Below, in pieces: positions 51,601 to 63,268 of a DNA stretch of 64,000 bases. The position numbers and the translations under genes were made by a program. This stretch comes from Octopus sinensis (taxonomy: Eukaryota). Position 1 is the stretch's first letter; every line of letters starts with the position of its first letter. The stretch lies in the NCBI RefSeq assembly GCF_006345805.1, contig NC_043007.1, positions 70,556,001 to 70,620,000 of the forward strand, written 5' to 3'. Below the pieces are notes generated by a model, which was not told where the DNA came from, did not search any database, and was given only the letters and a program-made list of their open reading frames with translations.

Positions 51601-53445
51601 TTATTTCTCTGCCAATACTACAAGTTGCATATATAGATATAATGTATAAGTTAATCACCCCTTTTAATAATGATAGGGAACATTAGGACAGCTGCATAAA
51701 GAAGTGCCAAGCTCTAATTGTGGAGGGTACCTGTTCCTATGGAACAGGTAGACCCAGGGAGACAAAGTAGTGAGAAAGGATCTTTGGATGCTGGGCTTTA
51801 ATGATGAAATGACAAGAGACCAGAAGATGTGGCAATTTGCTGAACTTGATAAGACATGTCAAACGAAGTAAAATCGCTGTCTTCCACACATACAGGTTTG
51901 TCCTTTGCAGGTGCCAGTGCCTCTTAAAAAGCACCTGTGCTGGGGTTGTGTAAACGCACCTGCGCCAGTGGCATGTAAAAAGCACCCAGCATACTCTGCT
52001 AAGTGGTTGGCATTAGGAAGGGAATCCAGCCATAGAAACCATGCCATAACAGACAGTTGGAGTCTAGACAGCTCCATGTCAAACTGTCCGGCCCATGCCA
52101 GCATGAAAAGTGGATGTTGAACGATGATGATGAGAGTGGTTTACATTATGGTACCTGCTTACATCCTGGTGGATTAACCCATAAACTCTTTAGTATTTAA
52201 ACCGACTGTGACCCGCTGTTCTTGAAGAGACCTATTGAGTCAAGTATGTCAACACCAAAATCAAAATAAAAATCAAATGGAAATTGTAGTTAAGATACCA
52301 ATGCTGGTGGCACCGTCCAAACGTGACCGTTTTCCAGCCTCCTCTGGCCCCTGGGCCGGTGGCACGTAAAAAGCACCCACTACACTCACGGAGTGGTTGG
52401 TGTTAGGAAGGGCATCCAGTTTTAGAAACACTGCCAGATCAGACTGGAGCCTGGTGCAGCCTCTTGGCTTCCCAGACCCCGGTCGAACCGTCCAACCCAT
52501 GCTAGCATGGAAAACGGACGTTAAACGATAATGATGATGATATCCAGCCAAAATATTTTACCTGTTTTATGTAAAAGCAGGCCAAGTTCAGCCACTCACA
52601 CATATCCAACAATGTTAGTCTAAAAATCTCAAGGTTATAAGATAATGCAGGATAAATTCAAAACAATGTGAATAAATAACCATTACATTTGGTTAAATGC
52701 CTTTGTTATGGAGCAAATGATGTACAACTAGTTTCTACATCTTCCAGCTGCAACTCTTCTCTCACATCAATAATATTTATTAAATAACAACAGAAACAAT
52801 AATCTGTTTCAGGGAGATCTATTCAGTCTAAATATCAGTTAATAAGCAAGTTCACAAAGAAATCAGGGGAAATAACTGGGAAATTTTACGTCGATAACGT
52901 AACAAAATTTCAAAGAAAGACTGTAAAAAGAATTACCTTTTGTCTAATTTGATCCATGCTTCAGACCAGCGTTCTCGGTTTCCATCTCTGGAACATAATC
53001 GTAATAATTAAATACCATGATCAGATATATCCAGTGTTTAACTGTGTAAAAGAGGATATTATTAAGTACTGACAACCATCAAATTGGTTCCTTGTTGGTT
53101 CAGCAATCTACAGTTGACTCGTTCTCTCTCTCTCTCTTTCTCTTTCTTTCTCTCTGTAATTCTCAGTTCTTTCTTCTGCCAGTAAAGTGTCAGAGAAAAC
53201 TACAATGCTTTCCCAGCAATGCACACCATACATATACCACAAGTGACAGGACGTAAACCTTTTGACTCTTTCTCCTAAGGGGACAATAGTTTATATACTT
53301 CACACATATCAACACATTTAGACCATATTCAAAAAGACATGCCCACCACAGCAGAATTGATACTGATGCTGGTGCCACATGAAAAGCACCCAGTACATGC
53401 TGTGGAGTGGATGGCAATGATGATGATGATCACACACACACACAC

Positions 53446-53492
<47 letters not shown>

Positions 53493-55407
53493 TAAAAATA
53501 CATAGAATATATCCAGGTAAAACTAGATTACACTAGTAATCAACTTTACATTTCAACTTTACAATAACATGTCATTTTGCAAATTTTTCAGTTACCATTC
53601 TTAGCACCATTGTCTAGTCTTTATTATGGGAGACAAACTGTTTATCTGAATATTTCATAATTGAGAAACACTTATGGTACACAAGTAAACAATTGATTAA
53701 AACATTCACACAGTTTCATAAAATGTCCACCTGGTAATAATCAAATGTCACCCTCCAGTGGACTCTTACTGTAAAGAAAAAAATGAAAGCTATTTCATTG
53801 CTGTAGATATCAGCAAAGCTTTTGACCATGTCCAGCCTGTGAATCTGCAGCTGAAACTTTCATCCTTATGGATTTAATCCATCTCTCATCTCTAGAATCA
53901 GTAGCTTCCTGTCATCATGTTGTTACAGCTTTTTCTTTCCTACACACAATCAAGTCTGGTGTATTGCAGGGTTCAGTTTTATCCCCCACTCTCTTCCATC
54001 TAGATATCAATGATCTTGCTTTCATAGCCAACACTGCTCACTCTTACACAGATGATTCAACCATTCATTCTCCTCTGATTTTTTATCAACCATGCATAAT
54101 CCACGTGCAATCTAGACATAACATGCCAAACTCATACTGATTCCATTATCAAAGACATTAGAAGCATTTTACAGAGGGGGGGGGGTCATGCCAATATTGA
54201 CTCTTTCAACAGCAAAAGAAACACAAGCACTACTTATATTAAGAAAACATCATTGCACCTCATCCTTTTCAAAAATGAGCAGTACTCTAAACTAGTCCTC
54301 ACAGTTGCTCCAAATGGGGGGGGGGCTTGTTATCATTAAGAATCTCTCCAGGAGAAAGTACACCTTTAACAAAGCTAGGACACCTCAAAAACTGACCCTT
54401 CTCTTCAGGGCCAGAAAGTAAAAAGAAACCGAAGATAATTCTTACCTTTTTAAATATTTTATAATTGCAAGCAAGACATCTTTGTTGGGTAACCACCTGT
54501 ATTTGTGCATCAGGTGAAACAGATCATCAACAGAAAACTTACTGTTACTTTGACACAAGTCCAAAAAGGATAGATATACTTTTTCTGTTGGTGATAAACC
54601 TTTTGAACCTACTTTATGCAACAGAAGTATGCAAGAGTCAATATCTGCACAGCGTATTGCAGCAAGAATGATAGGAGTGTAATGTTTGGGCAGTGTTGGT
54701 TGAGTTAACTCTAATGTGGACAACAGCTGAAAGCAATCCTTCCAACTATCTGTACAACATAATCCATTTATAACATATTTAATAGTCTGGCAATCTAACA
54801 GTCCACCAGTGGAGTCTAACAACTGTTGATATAATTGCAATATAGTCTTCTGGTCTTCAGGTGATGCCCTGCAGCTAAGTAACATCATAAACACTGAAAT
54901 AGTAGCAATATTAAGTGATCGACCTTGACTCTTTAAATAATCAGCAAGAGATATACCAAGTTCAACTAACTTACTGCTATTAATCAAACTCATACAGCAA
55001 GCTTCCCAGGATATTTTCAGGTTAGCGTTGTCTTCAAGAAGCTCCTTTTCTAATTTATTCCAGTCTTCTGATGTCATTTTTGTTATGGATTTAGAATCAA
55101 CTTGTTCTTTGAATTCAAAAAGACGACTGCTTCCATTTAATTTTCTGGGTTTGTAGTGACCAATATCTTCATCTGTGTCATCATCAGTCTCTTGATAGTC
55201 TTCAAGAGAAGAAAAATTCCTTTGTCTATAAACAAATGATAGCTTGTTATTGAGTCCAGTAAGTAATTGAAAACAAGATGGTTTCACATAGTAGAGATGT
55301 GACATATGTTTATGACATAGATGGAAACATCGACCACTTTGAGCAAAGATCTGGTATGGTCCAAGAGTTTTTAGCAAGGCCCATTTTTGAAATGTTCTGG
55401 AAAACAT
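42462..55407 (-). CDS. PRORP: Mitochondrial protein-only RNase P catalytic subunit (PRORP/MRPP3/KIAA0391), spliced CDS: join of 55407-54446, 52987-52937, 51519-51276, 48323-48184, 46963-46771, 42626-42462 (1755 nt, 584 aa)
   Basis: The six exons join in frame through GT-AG sites (phases 2,2,0,2,0). The product has an N-terminal presequence-like region and a helical PPR-like region. It also has the CPNC Zn pair, FDVVFDSLNV, GRKYM, SEDDPYLIYATL, SDEMRDHK, and WHIP...WLC Zn ligands, matching the PRORP NYN-domain order. Length is similar to human PRORP. Confidence 0.95.
45240..45870 (+). mobile_element. Decayed RTE LINE C-terminal fragment with an internal 36-bp tandem duplication
   Basis: IQIGKANNVF and LLSSIVFSNFLFGCESWPLT...KIFQQRCL. 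Further RTE 3' ends lie at ~46170-46335(+) and ~55938-56080(-, GRPRKTW). Confidence 0.75.
46468..47735. repeat. Inverted pair of LINE 3'-end fragments (46468-46708 and 47487-47735) flanking PRORP exon 46771-46963
   Basis: AAGTCAACATCTGTGGGAAAGACCTGAGC...GTTGAAC in the left copy is the reverse complement of the right copy over ~240 bp (roughly 80% identity by eye). Confidence 0.85.
46771..46963 (-). CDS. PRORP: PRORP coding exon 5 (SEDDPYLIYATL...SDEMRDHK...HIIFQ)
   Basis: Acceptor ttgtttcag|A, donor TTTCAG|gtgaga. Contains the catalytic EDD and D-x-MRDH motifs. Confidence 0.95.
48184..48323 (-). CDS. PRORP: PRORP coding exon 4 (LRKAVEYF...VLVVGRKYM...ASCFFIEN)
   Basis: Acceptor tttgacag|TTA, donor AATAT|gtaagt; 140 nt, phase 0/2. 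Matches the LVLGRKHM...ASCFF segment of PRORP. Confidence 0.92.
48830..49230 (-). mobile_element. R4/Dong-like non-LTR retrotransposon 3' fragment (restriction-like endonuclease)
   Basis: Hand translation gives HNSPDVTVL...INVSIPADQNIVKTEDKKFRKYQDL...VVAFVIGAL, matching the PD..D...K..KY..L pattern. Confidence 0.75.
51276..51519 (-). CDS. PRORP: PRORP coding exon 3 (GICPNC...APFDVVFDSLNV...KSFQ)
   Basis: Acceptor ttcattctcag|A, donor TTTCAG|gtatgt. Contains the Zn-binding CxxC and the first catalytic Asp. Confidence 0.93.
52330..52540 (+). mobile_element. SINE family C with RTE-like (GAT)n tail
   Basis: GGTTGG.GTTAGGAAGGGCATCCAG core and CCATGCTAGCATGGAAAACGGACGTTAAACGAT tail. Other copies at ~43300-43560(+), 51900-52130(+), 55700-55880(-) and 61855-62130(-). 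Confidence 0.8.
52937..52987 (-). CDS. PRORP: PRORP coding exon 2 (51 nt, DGNRERWSEAWIKLDK)
   Basis: Acceptor gttccag|A and donor AAAG|gtaatt. It preserves phase 2/2 and links KYLKR to GICPNC. Not in the ORF track. Confidence 0.85.
53790..54400 (+). mobile_element. Decayed L2/CR1-group RT fragment in a PRORP intron
   Basis: SKAFD, SGVLQGSVLSPTLF and YTDDST. Confidence 0.75.
54446..55407 (-). CDS. PRORP: PRORP coding exon 1 (presequence, acidic patch, PPR-like region)
   Basis: Acceptor ttttctaattacag ends at 55460; the first exonic ATG is at 55407 (MFSRTFQKW...). Donor AAAAG|gtaag at 54446/54445. Confidence 0.9.
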
Positions 55408-57399
55408 CTTTCTCTCCACCAAAGAAAATGGTTCAAATAATTGATTGGTTTTCAAATTTCTGTAATTAGAAAATGAAAAACAAAAATAAAACACATTGAA
55501 AAATGATATCAGAAATTATATAACTATTATATAACATTTAATACTGTCTACGGTTTTGTAATAAATCACAGTGAACAAGTTTTCCATGGGAAGTGTGATC
55601 ATGAAAGTCTGAGATGAAGATGTAAATCAATGATTCAGTATCATGAACACCAGGCGACAAAAATGGAATTACCAAAGAACTGTTCACCTTTACCGGAATA
55701 TCATTATCATCATCATCATTTAATGTCTGTTGTCCATGCTGGTGTGGGTGGGACAGTTTGACCAGAGCAGACAGGCAAGCTGCACTAGACTCCAGTCTGA
55801 TTTGGTATGATTTCCACAGTTAGATGCCCTTCCTAATCCTAACTACTTTACAGAGTGTGCTGGATGCTTTTACATGCATACGTTTTTATGTGGTACTGCT
55901 ATGAGTTCTTTTCACCACCAGAGGGACCACAGAAGTCTTAATGCTTCTGCTGTGGAGTATGAGTCTTCTTGAGCACAGCAAGGTGCCAGGCATCTTGGTC
56001 TTTTGTTATCTTGTCTGAAAAGTTCAGCGCCCTGAGGTTATTCTTCAGTACTTCATCCCATGTCTTCCTGGGTCTCCCATTTCTAATAAGTTGACTGTCT
56101 ATGTATTTCAAGTAATTTTTCAATATTACCAACAGATAGCAGAGTTTATCAGACTAACAAACATTAAATTTCAGTATATGAGCCAACAAGTAAGCTTCAA
56201 AATGATCTCACAGACACCCATATCTCCTTCAAATCACATTCTACTGTCTTATATAAGGAAAGGATAAATTAGACAAAGTAGTTTTGTATACTCTTAACGA
56301 GAGAGCATAATCATGGCCAGAATACTTTTATCCTAGATCTGTTCACTCAGTATTGTACACAAAATGTTCTGTAAAAATTGGATCAGAACTAAAGATTGCT
56401 GGCTTTGTAACAAAATTTGAAATTGTTATCATTATTCTTAATTTTGGCACAAGGCCAGCAGTTGTGAGGGGTTGGGGTAAGTCGAATATATTGACCACAG
56501 TACTTAACTCATACTTTATTTTATTGACTTTGAAAGGATGAAAGGCAAAATTGATCGAGTACTAGGTCAACTTTGCCTTCCATCCTTTCAGGGTCGATAA
56601 AATAAGTACCAGTTGAGCACTGCGGTTGATGTCATCGACTAGTCCCCTCCTGCCGAATAATAGAAAGGATCATCATCATCATCATCATCATCATATTTAT
56701 TGTCCTATTTTCTCCTAATATAAGCAACACAAAAGACATATTCTTCACACAATGTAAAGAGGAATGAGTTAATGTTAATTTGATGAAGTATCACTTAGAC
56801 ATATCCAACCACACATTGGTATAATGTTTCACAAGAAATGATTTACGTGTTTAAAAATGGAATGATACATAAAACAATCGTAATTAATATTAAATTGGTG
56901 CTATATTCATTCTCCGTCTTCTCTTATTTGTCACTCATCGAAATACTTATACACTGGTTTTAACCCTGAAAAACTTGGAGTTTCTGCCACTAGTGGACTT
57001 GCAAGTTTTCTAAAGTTGCAATCTGAGAGTGCGAATAGCCAGGAGTTTGTGTCGAATGTTTCATTAGGAAAAGGTCAGGTTTCAATTCTATCTGGAACCA
57101 CACGAAAGTGTATCCATGTCTTAAGACGACACTGATTAATAAAAGATGCTTTTGTTTGGTGTATGCAAAAGCAGTAAGGGAAAAGGAACCCAGAGAGATA
57201 TAGTAAAACAATAACATCTTTTGACCCTCTTACAGGAAGACAAGTGATGAGTTTGTACACGATTTTCAGAGAGAAATTCTCTAATTTTTTTCAATAAGCT
57301 CTACTTTTTCTTTCCACAATTTGTAAAATTAAATATCAGCACTTTTTCATTCACAAAAAGCTAAAAAAAGATCTGATTCCTCATGCCAAATACTCTTCA

Positions 57400-58460
57400 A
57401 ATTTTCAGTTTCGAGAATTGTTTAAAAACTTTGAAAAACAGGCTATCTTTGGTTTTAGGTACATAATTAGTTAGATTGCGGCGATTTTTTAAAACCAGAT
57501 TTCTAAATCATGCTCCGGAAAACCCCAACACCAACATTTAAGGTCGGTTCTAAAGGATTCTTGGATCAATAACTCCACCGGTTTTTTAAAATCTCCTCAT
57601 AGTAAACAATACTGTGTATCGAAAAGAACATCAAAAACAACTTTATTTGAAGATATACTTGATGATAACAAACTTCATCGTTTTCGTTTTGCTGTTATCT
57701 TAATTTTATTTTACTCGTGAATCTTTTCGGTGTTAGTAAAAATAAGTGGGGAGCAGTGACCAATTCGTGTCTCCCTTCAGCAGTTCTGTAAATAGATCTA
57801 TAGACAATGGTCCTTTAATGTAATTGAATCAATACAAAAATAATTTTAATTCGATAAAATAGCTGGAAGAGCCATTTTACAGCATATATTCAGACCCAGT
57901 AAAAAGCTTATTCCGGTGTTGCTAAATGAAGGGCATTGAAGGGTCAGTCTAAATTTAACTCCTAAATTCATCTATACTATGGACTGAAGGCCAGCAATTA
58001 AAGGCGAGGTGAGGCTTGTTAATTACACTGATTCCAGTACTTGACGAGTACTTATTTTATTCACCCCGAAAGAATGAAAGACAAAGTCGACCTCGGCGGA
58101 ATTTGAACTCAGAGCGTAAAGAGTCAGAAAAAAAAAAATGCCGCTCAGAATCTAAGTAACGATTCTGCCAGTTCGCTGCCTAATATCACGTTTAAATTAT
58201 AAACGTGTGGAATTGAGTTCACTTAAATAAAGTTCAAAATGTTTTGAGTTTATAAAGTGAAGGGGAACAATATTATTATAGTAAATATCTCACCGTTTCG
58301 ATCATGTCCTCCGTGTAAACAAGCAAAGCCAAACCATGAACCATTAACATGTCAGGCATGAGAAATAATTACAAATTATTCAATAATCAAGAATATAATA
58401 ATAAAAAATAATTATTCAATAGAGTGGTTGTATACTGTCAACTTAACGTGACAGTCCTCA
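57400..58460 (-). promoter_or_regulatory. Candidate PRORP promoter and non-coding first exon (CpG-retaining block; donor ACG|gtgaga at 58294/58293)
   Basis: The acceptor at 55460 requires an upstream exon. This block is visibly CpG-rich compared with the gene body and has a consensus-like donor. The exact exon is not proven. Confidence 0.35.
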
Positions 58461-58894
58461 AGAATATAATAAACAATCGGTCCGATAACCTCCAGCAAGA
58501 CAACGTGCGTGCAATTAATATCAAGGGAGGTAAGTGAGTAATGAACACTGAATATGAGAAATTAAACGAACGATTAATTGTATTTCTTCTGCTTCGACGG
58601 AAGAAATAAAGAATATGACCCTTCCATCGCTCTTGGTAATGTCTCAGAACTTAACCTTGATCTGAAATAAAACGAAAAAAGTTTTCTATTCTACAGTTTA
58701 TCCATCCCAGAGCATCTAACCAACTTCTGGAATCTCGTCCCTACTTATATGTAAAGTATTGACTTGCAACAGGTTAAAGTTTCCAACGAGGGTCCATAAA
58801 AGATTTAATTTTTAAAAACAAGCAAAGTAACTAGTTAGAAAATCACTAGAAGAGATGAAAGTAATAACTATACTCAGAAGTAATGTTTATCGCT

Positions 58895-59046
58895 ACATCA
58901 ATATGGCTGTTTGACGTTACCACCGTTTTTAATCCCGGGAAGAGCCTCTCCAGCTAGTTATCGATGCAATCTACACCCGATGTACAAGTGCAAGCAGGGT
59001 CAAAAACGGTAGAAACGTCCATTCCTACGGAACAGCCATATTGATG
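58895..59046. mobile_element. Small MITE-like element (ACATCAATATGGCTGTT TIR); an inverted relative spans ~59250-59762 and hosts the SINE dimer
   Basis: The TIR pair is visible. The TAATCCCGGG...CACCCGAT segment recurs inverted at 59250-59322. Confidence 0.55.
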
Positions 59047-59344
59047 TGCCCATAAACATTACTTCTTAATATAGTTATTTTCATCTCTTATAGAAATTTT
59101 ATAACTAGCTACTTTGCTTGTTGCAAGTTAAGTGACTGTCGTTTAGTTTTCTATATATTATGAGCTGGAGCGAATCCGTGCTATCTCTAACGGACGGGTG
59201 TTCAGCAATGAGGATGGTGATCCTGCTGTCTGCTAGTAGATGGTAGAGGTTCACTCCCTTACTTGCAATATATATCGGGTGCAGATTACATATCCAACCG
59301 GAGGCGGCTCCGCCCGGGATTAACAGTAGAAACGTTGATTTCTA

Positions 59345-59726
59345 GGTGGTGAGCTGGCAGAAACGTTAGCACGCCAGGTGAAATGCTTAGCGGTATTTCG
59401 TCTCCCACTATGTTCTGAGTTCAAATTCCGCTGAGGTCGACTTTGCATTTATCCTTTCGGGGTCGATTAAATAAGTACCAGTTACTGGGGTCGATATAAT
59501 CGACTTAATCTGTTTGTCTGTCCTCTCTGTGTTTAGCCCCTTGTGGGTAGTAAAGAAATAGGTATTTCGTCTGTCGTTACGCTCTGAGTTCACATTCCGC
59601 TGAGGTCGACTTTGCCTTTCATTCTTTCGGGCTCAATAATTTAAGTACCAGTTACGCACTGGGTTCGATGTAATTGACTTAATTCCTTGTCTGTCCCCTC
59701 TATGTTTAGCCCCTTGTGAGCAATAA
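59345..59726 (+). mobile_element. SINE family A dimer with a perfect 17-bp TSD (AGAAACGTTGATTTCTA)
   Basis: TSD at 59328-59344 and 59727-59743; junction at 59560/59561. Confidence 0.9.
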
Positions 59727-60238
59727 AGAAACGTTGATTTCTACAGAACAACCATATTGATGTGGCAGTAAGCAATACTGATTGTTAAAAAGTTGTATGT
59801 AATAAATTGGTCTACTTCTACAACACACAAAATATTAAAATTTTCATTATACAATTCTTAATGATGTTTAATTATAAAAATACATTAGGATTTTTTTCTT
59901 TTATACAGAGAATGACTATGGAAGTCCAGAAGAGTAAATTAGGAATCAGAAGGGTCCCTAGCCAAAAAACAAACATGGTTGGGAACCACTGGGTTAAATG
60001 GAACATAAAATGCCATCAAACACTGGTTTCAGGACATCCTGCAAAGGTCATATTGAAGTCATACATTTCTGATTAGATTTTGTACTAATGAATAAATTTC
60101 TAATATTTATTATTTGTGTGAGTAGATTTGGCAAAACTTCAGTTTGGTGCCCATTGGTTTTGATTCCTGAAAATGCATATTTTGTAAGAAAATGTCTGCA
60201 CAAATGTGCCCTCATCCGACTTCGTTTCTTCATAATTC

Positions 60239-60766
60239 TAGCTATAGAGTTTGTTAAACAAGTACTGCAGTTCCTCCATTGTAAAATTTATAGAATGGTT
60301 ACAGATTGGTTCTTCCCAACATGACTTTGTTTCCTCATAACTTTCAGAAAAATGGCTATATTTCAATGAAATTTTCTACAAATACGTTTTAGATGTTGTA
60401 GCTTACGATTATATGAGAATTTAAAGGGTGGAAAAAATTAGTGGAACACACACACACATACTGTCATGCCCTCCCCCCTCACACACATCTATATATACAC
60501 AGTGAAATTTGAAATTTTAAGAAAATTATATGATATACATCAGTATGTATGTGTGCATGCCCGTCATTATTTTTTCACATCAAATTCTGAGATAATTATA
60601 ATCTACACCAGCTTTAAAGTATTTCTAGAAAATTTCATTAAAAAAACATCAACTTTTCTGAAAGTTACGAGGAAGCAAAATCATGTTGGGAAGTACTAAT
60701 CTATAACTATTCTATAAATTTCACAATGGGGGAACTGCAGTATTTATTTAATAAACTCTATAGCTA
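60239..60766. mobile_element. MITE with long (>120-bp) TIRs and TA flanks (Tc1/mariner-like)
   Basis: TA-GCTATAGAGTTT...CTTCCCAACATGA pairs with TCATGTTGGGAAG...AAACTCTATAGC-TA. Confidence 0.8.
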
Positions 60767-62947
60767 CCTTAGGAAGGTGACTCATGTATTATGTCCAAAG
60801 CAGAAAACTTTCAAATGAATACTTGATTGTTTGATTCCTTCTGGTTTTGTGCAGGAGCTAACGTTGAGCAAGTTTCAACTGAAATAGAGCAAATACATAA
60901 CCTAGAACTTCTCAATTTCTTTAAACTCATCATACCAGAACATAAAGACAGATGAAATGCCACTAAACATTTTCTTCAGTGTGCTAACAATTCTGCCAGC
61001 TCACCACCTCAATAATAATAAAGTTATCCAGACAGATCTTAGACTTTTCCCTGACAAAATTTAATTGATATGTAATCTGGTCATAAGAATGAACATTGTT
61101 GACTTGAAAATGTATTAAAACTTTACCTTTCATCCTTTGGGGCTCAATGTGATCAACTAGCCCCTACCCAATAATTTCAAGCCTTGTCTACAGTAGAAGG
61201 GATTATTATTATAAAGGCAGCGAGCTGGCAGAATTTTTAGCACACCGGGCAGAATGCTTCAAGGCATTTCATCCATCTAAATGTTCCGAGTTCAAATTCT
61301 GGCTAGGTGGACTTCCCCTTTCATCCTTTTGGGGTCGATAAAATAAGTACCAGTGAACATCGGAGTTGATGTAATTGACTAGCCCCCTCCCCACAAATTT
61401 CAGGTCTTGTGCCTTTAGCAGAAAGGATTATCATCATTATTACTAAGGCAGTGAGCTGGCAGAACCTCAGCACACCAATTAAAATGTGGTATTTTGTCTG
61501 TCTTTAAAATTTGAATTTGAATTCCACCGAGGTTGACTTTCCCTGTCATCCTATCAGGGTCAATGTAAACAATACATTGACCTTGTTGAGTAGAGAGGCC
61601 AATGTGATTGACCAGGTCCCATCCCCCAAAATGTCAAGCCTTGTGTCTATAGTAGAAAGGCTTGTACTGCTGAAAACAGAAAGGATTGGAAGGGGGTCAC
61701 AGCTCTGGGGGTGTTTAGATTCAATATTCCCCCATTTATTATTACTGAGTCACCCAAAAGTGTTTTCTATTGTTATTTCAAATACTTCCCTTACATATTT
61801 CATCCTCAGTTTTAATCATTCATTTACACCATAATTCATACCAGTAACGATCAACTTTCATCGTCATCATTGTTTAATGTCTGTCTTTCATGCTGGCATT
61901 GGTTGGAAAGTCTGACTGCACTAGACTTCTGTGTCTGGTTTGGCACAGTTTTTATGGCTGGATGCCCTTCCTAACACCAACCACCCAGCAGAGAGGACTG
62001 AATGCTTTTTACATGGCACAAACACAGGTGAGGTCAGTTTTGGCATGGTTTTTACAGCTGGATGCCTTTCCAAATGCCAACCACTTTACAGCATGGACTG
62101 GATGCTTTTTACATGGCACCAGCACTGGCAGGGTCACCAAATATCTTGCTGTAGAGGATGTACATGGTTACCCGGCCAGAGAGAGAGAGAGAGAGAGAAT
62201 GAGGAAAGAAATAGATGTGCCGCTGTCAAGGAGATACATGGCTAACCAGCTTGAGGGAAGGGCAAGAGAGAAAGAAAGAGCAGAAGACAGCAAGAATGCA
62301 AGAGAGAGCATACTCACAAGGAATGGAGATCAGGATATAAATGGGATGTAGAGAGATAGATGGTAGCAAGTGCCAGGGCATACTCTCAAGGTATGGCAGT
62401 CATAATATAAGTGACATAAATCGCCCAAAATATGCTAGACCAGAGTTAACAGTGTCTTCAAATATTTCAGTCTAGGTCTGTGTGGGGGCATGTGCCATTG
62501 CAGTGCATCACTGCATTCCACTTTTGTCAGTATATTCTTGGGTCCTCCCAGGAAACATGTTGCACAGAGTCCTCCTTCTCAGTCCCCATCTCCAAGAGAT
62601 ACTTCCTCATCTGCCATGACCATGAGGTATGTGGTTGGACAACATGAACTATCAACCCAGCTGGGTCCTCAGTGAAGAGAACACAGTAAACAGGGTCTAA
62701 CTCGGAAAAATCAAGCAATATGGCCAAACAGTCTGAGCTGGCACTTCCACATCATACAAATAACAGGACGCATCCTAGTTGAGTTAGAATCTGAAGTCTT
62801 AAAAAAAAAAAGGATTTGGACAAGCATAATTATTTTCTTTATAGAAAGCTAAACTTTTTAATTAAATCAATTAGCTATTGTCATATTTCACAATCATCAC
62901 AACTAAAAAATTCCAATAATAAAGTTCCATTATAAATTTTAGGAATA

Positions 62948-63268
62948 TTATTTTATTTTCTTCTTTTTAGAATTGTGTAAATTAGACACTTTTGATTTTA
63001 TTGACCGAACAAGACTGTCTAAAGATTGTTCACCAGTTGAGTGTGAATTTGTGGCATTCATCTGTGAATAATTTTCAGAAGAGCCTGAAATACCACTGGA
63101 ATTCTTGCGTTTTGTGGGTGTTTGTGTTCTTTCGTTATAGCGCCGCCGAAGTTTCTCTTCAATCAACTCCTCCATTCCAGCACTCTTCTTATAGTCAGGA
63201 GCAGATTTATCAATATTATAGTGACCAGATGTGAAAACTGCTTCAAACCGTTTATCATTTACATCAAT
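62948..63268 (-). CDS. ESF1: Last coding exon of the pre-rRNA processing protein ESF1 (NUC153 domain); upstream exons lie beyond the window
   Basis: Acceptor ttttttgtag|ATT, then IDVNDKRFEAVFTSGHYNIDKSAPDYKKSAGMEELIEEKLRRR...SLDSLVRSIKSK...KKKKIK*. This matches the NUC153 motif and basic C-terminus of ESF1. Confidence 0.85.
   Translation of the reverse strand: MDVNDKRFEAVFTSGHYNIDKSAPDYKKSAGMEELIEEKLRRRYNERTQTPTKRKNSSGISGSSENYSQMNATNSHSTGEQSLDSLVRSIKSKVSNLHNSKKKKIK

Noticed and set aside
55408-55494. ORF-track start for PRORP at 55494
   Set aside because: This stretch contains a polypyrimidine tract and the acceptor at 55460, so 55494-55460 is intronic. ATG 55407 is the first exonic in-frame start.
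42462-63268. Functional clustering of two RNA-processing genes (ESF1 and PRORP)
   Set aside because: Adjacency of two housekeeping genes is unremarkable, and a separate CpG-rich promoter candidate lies between them.
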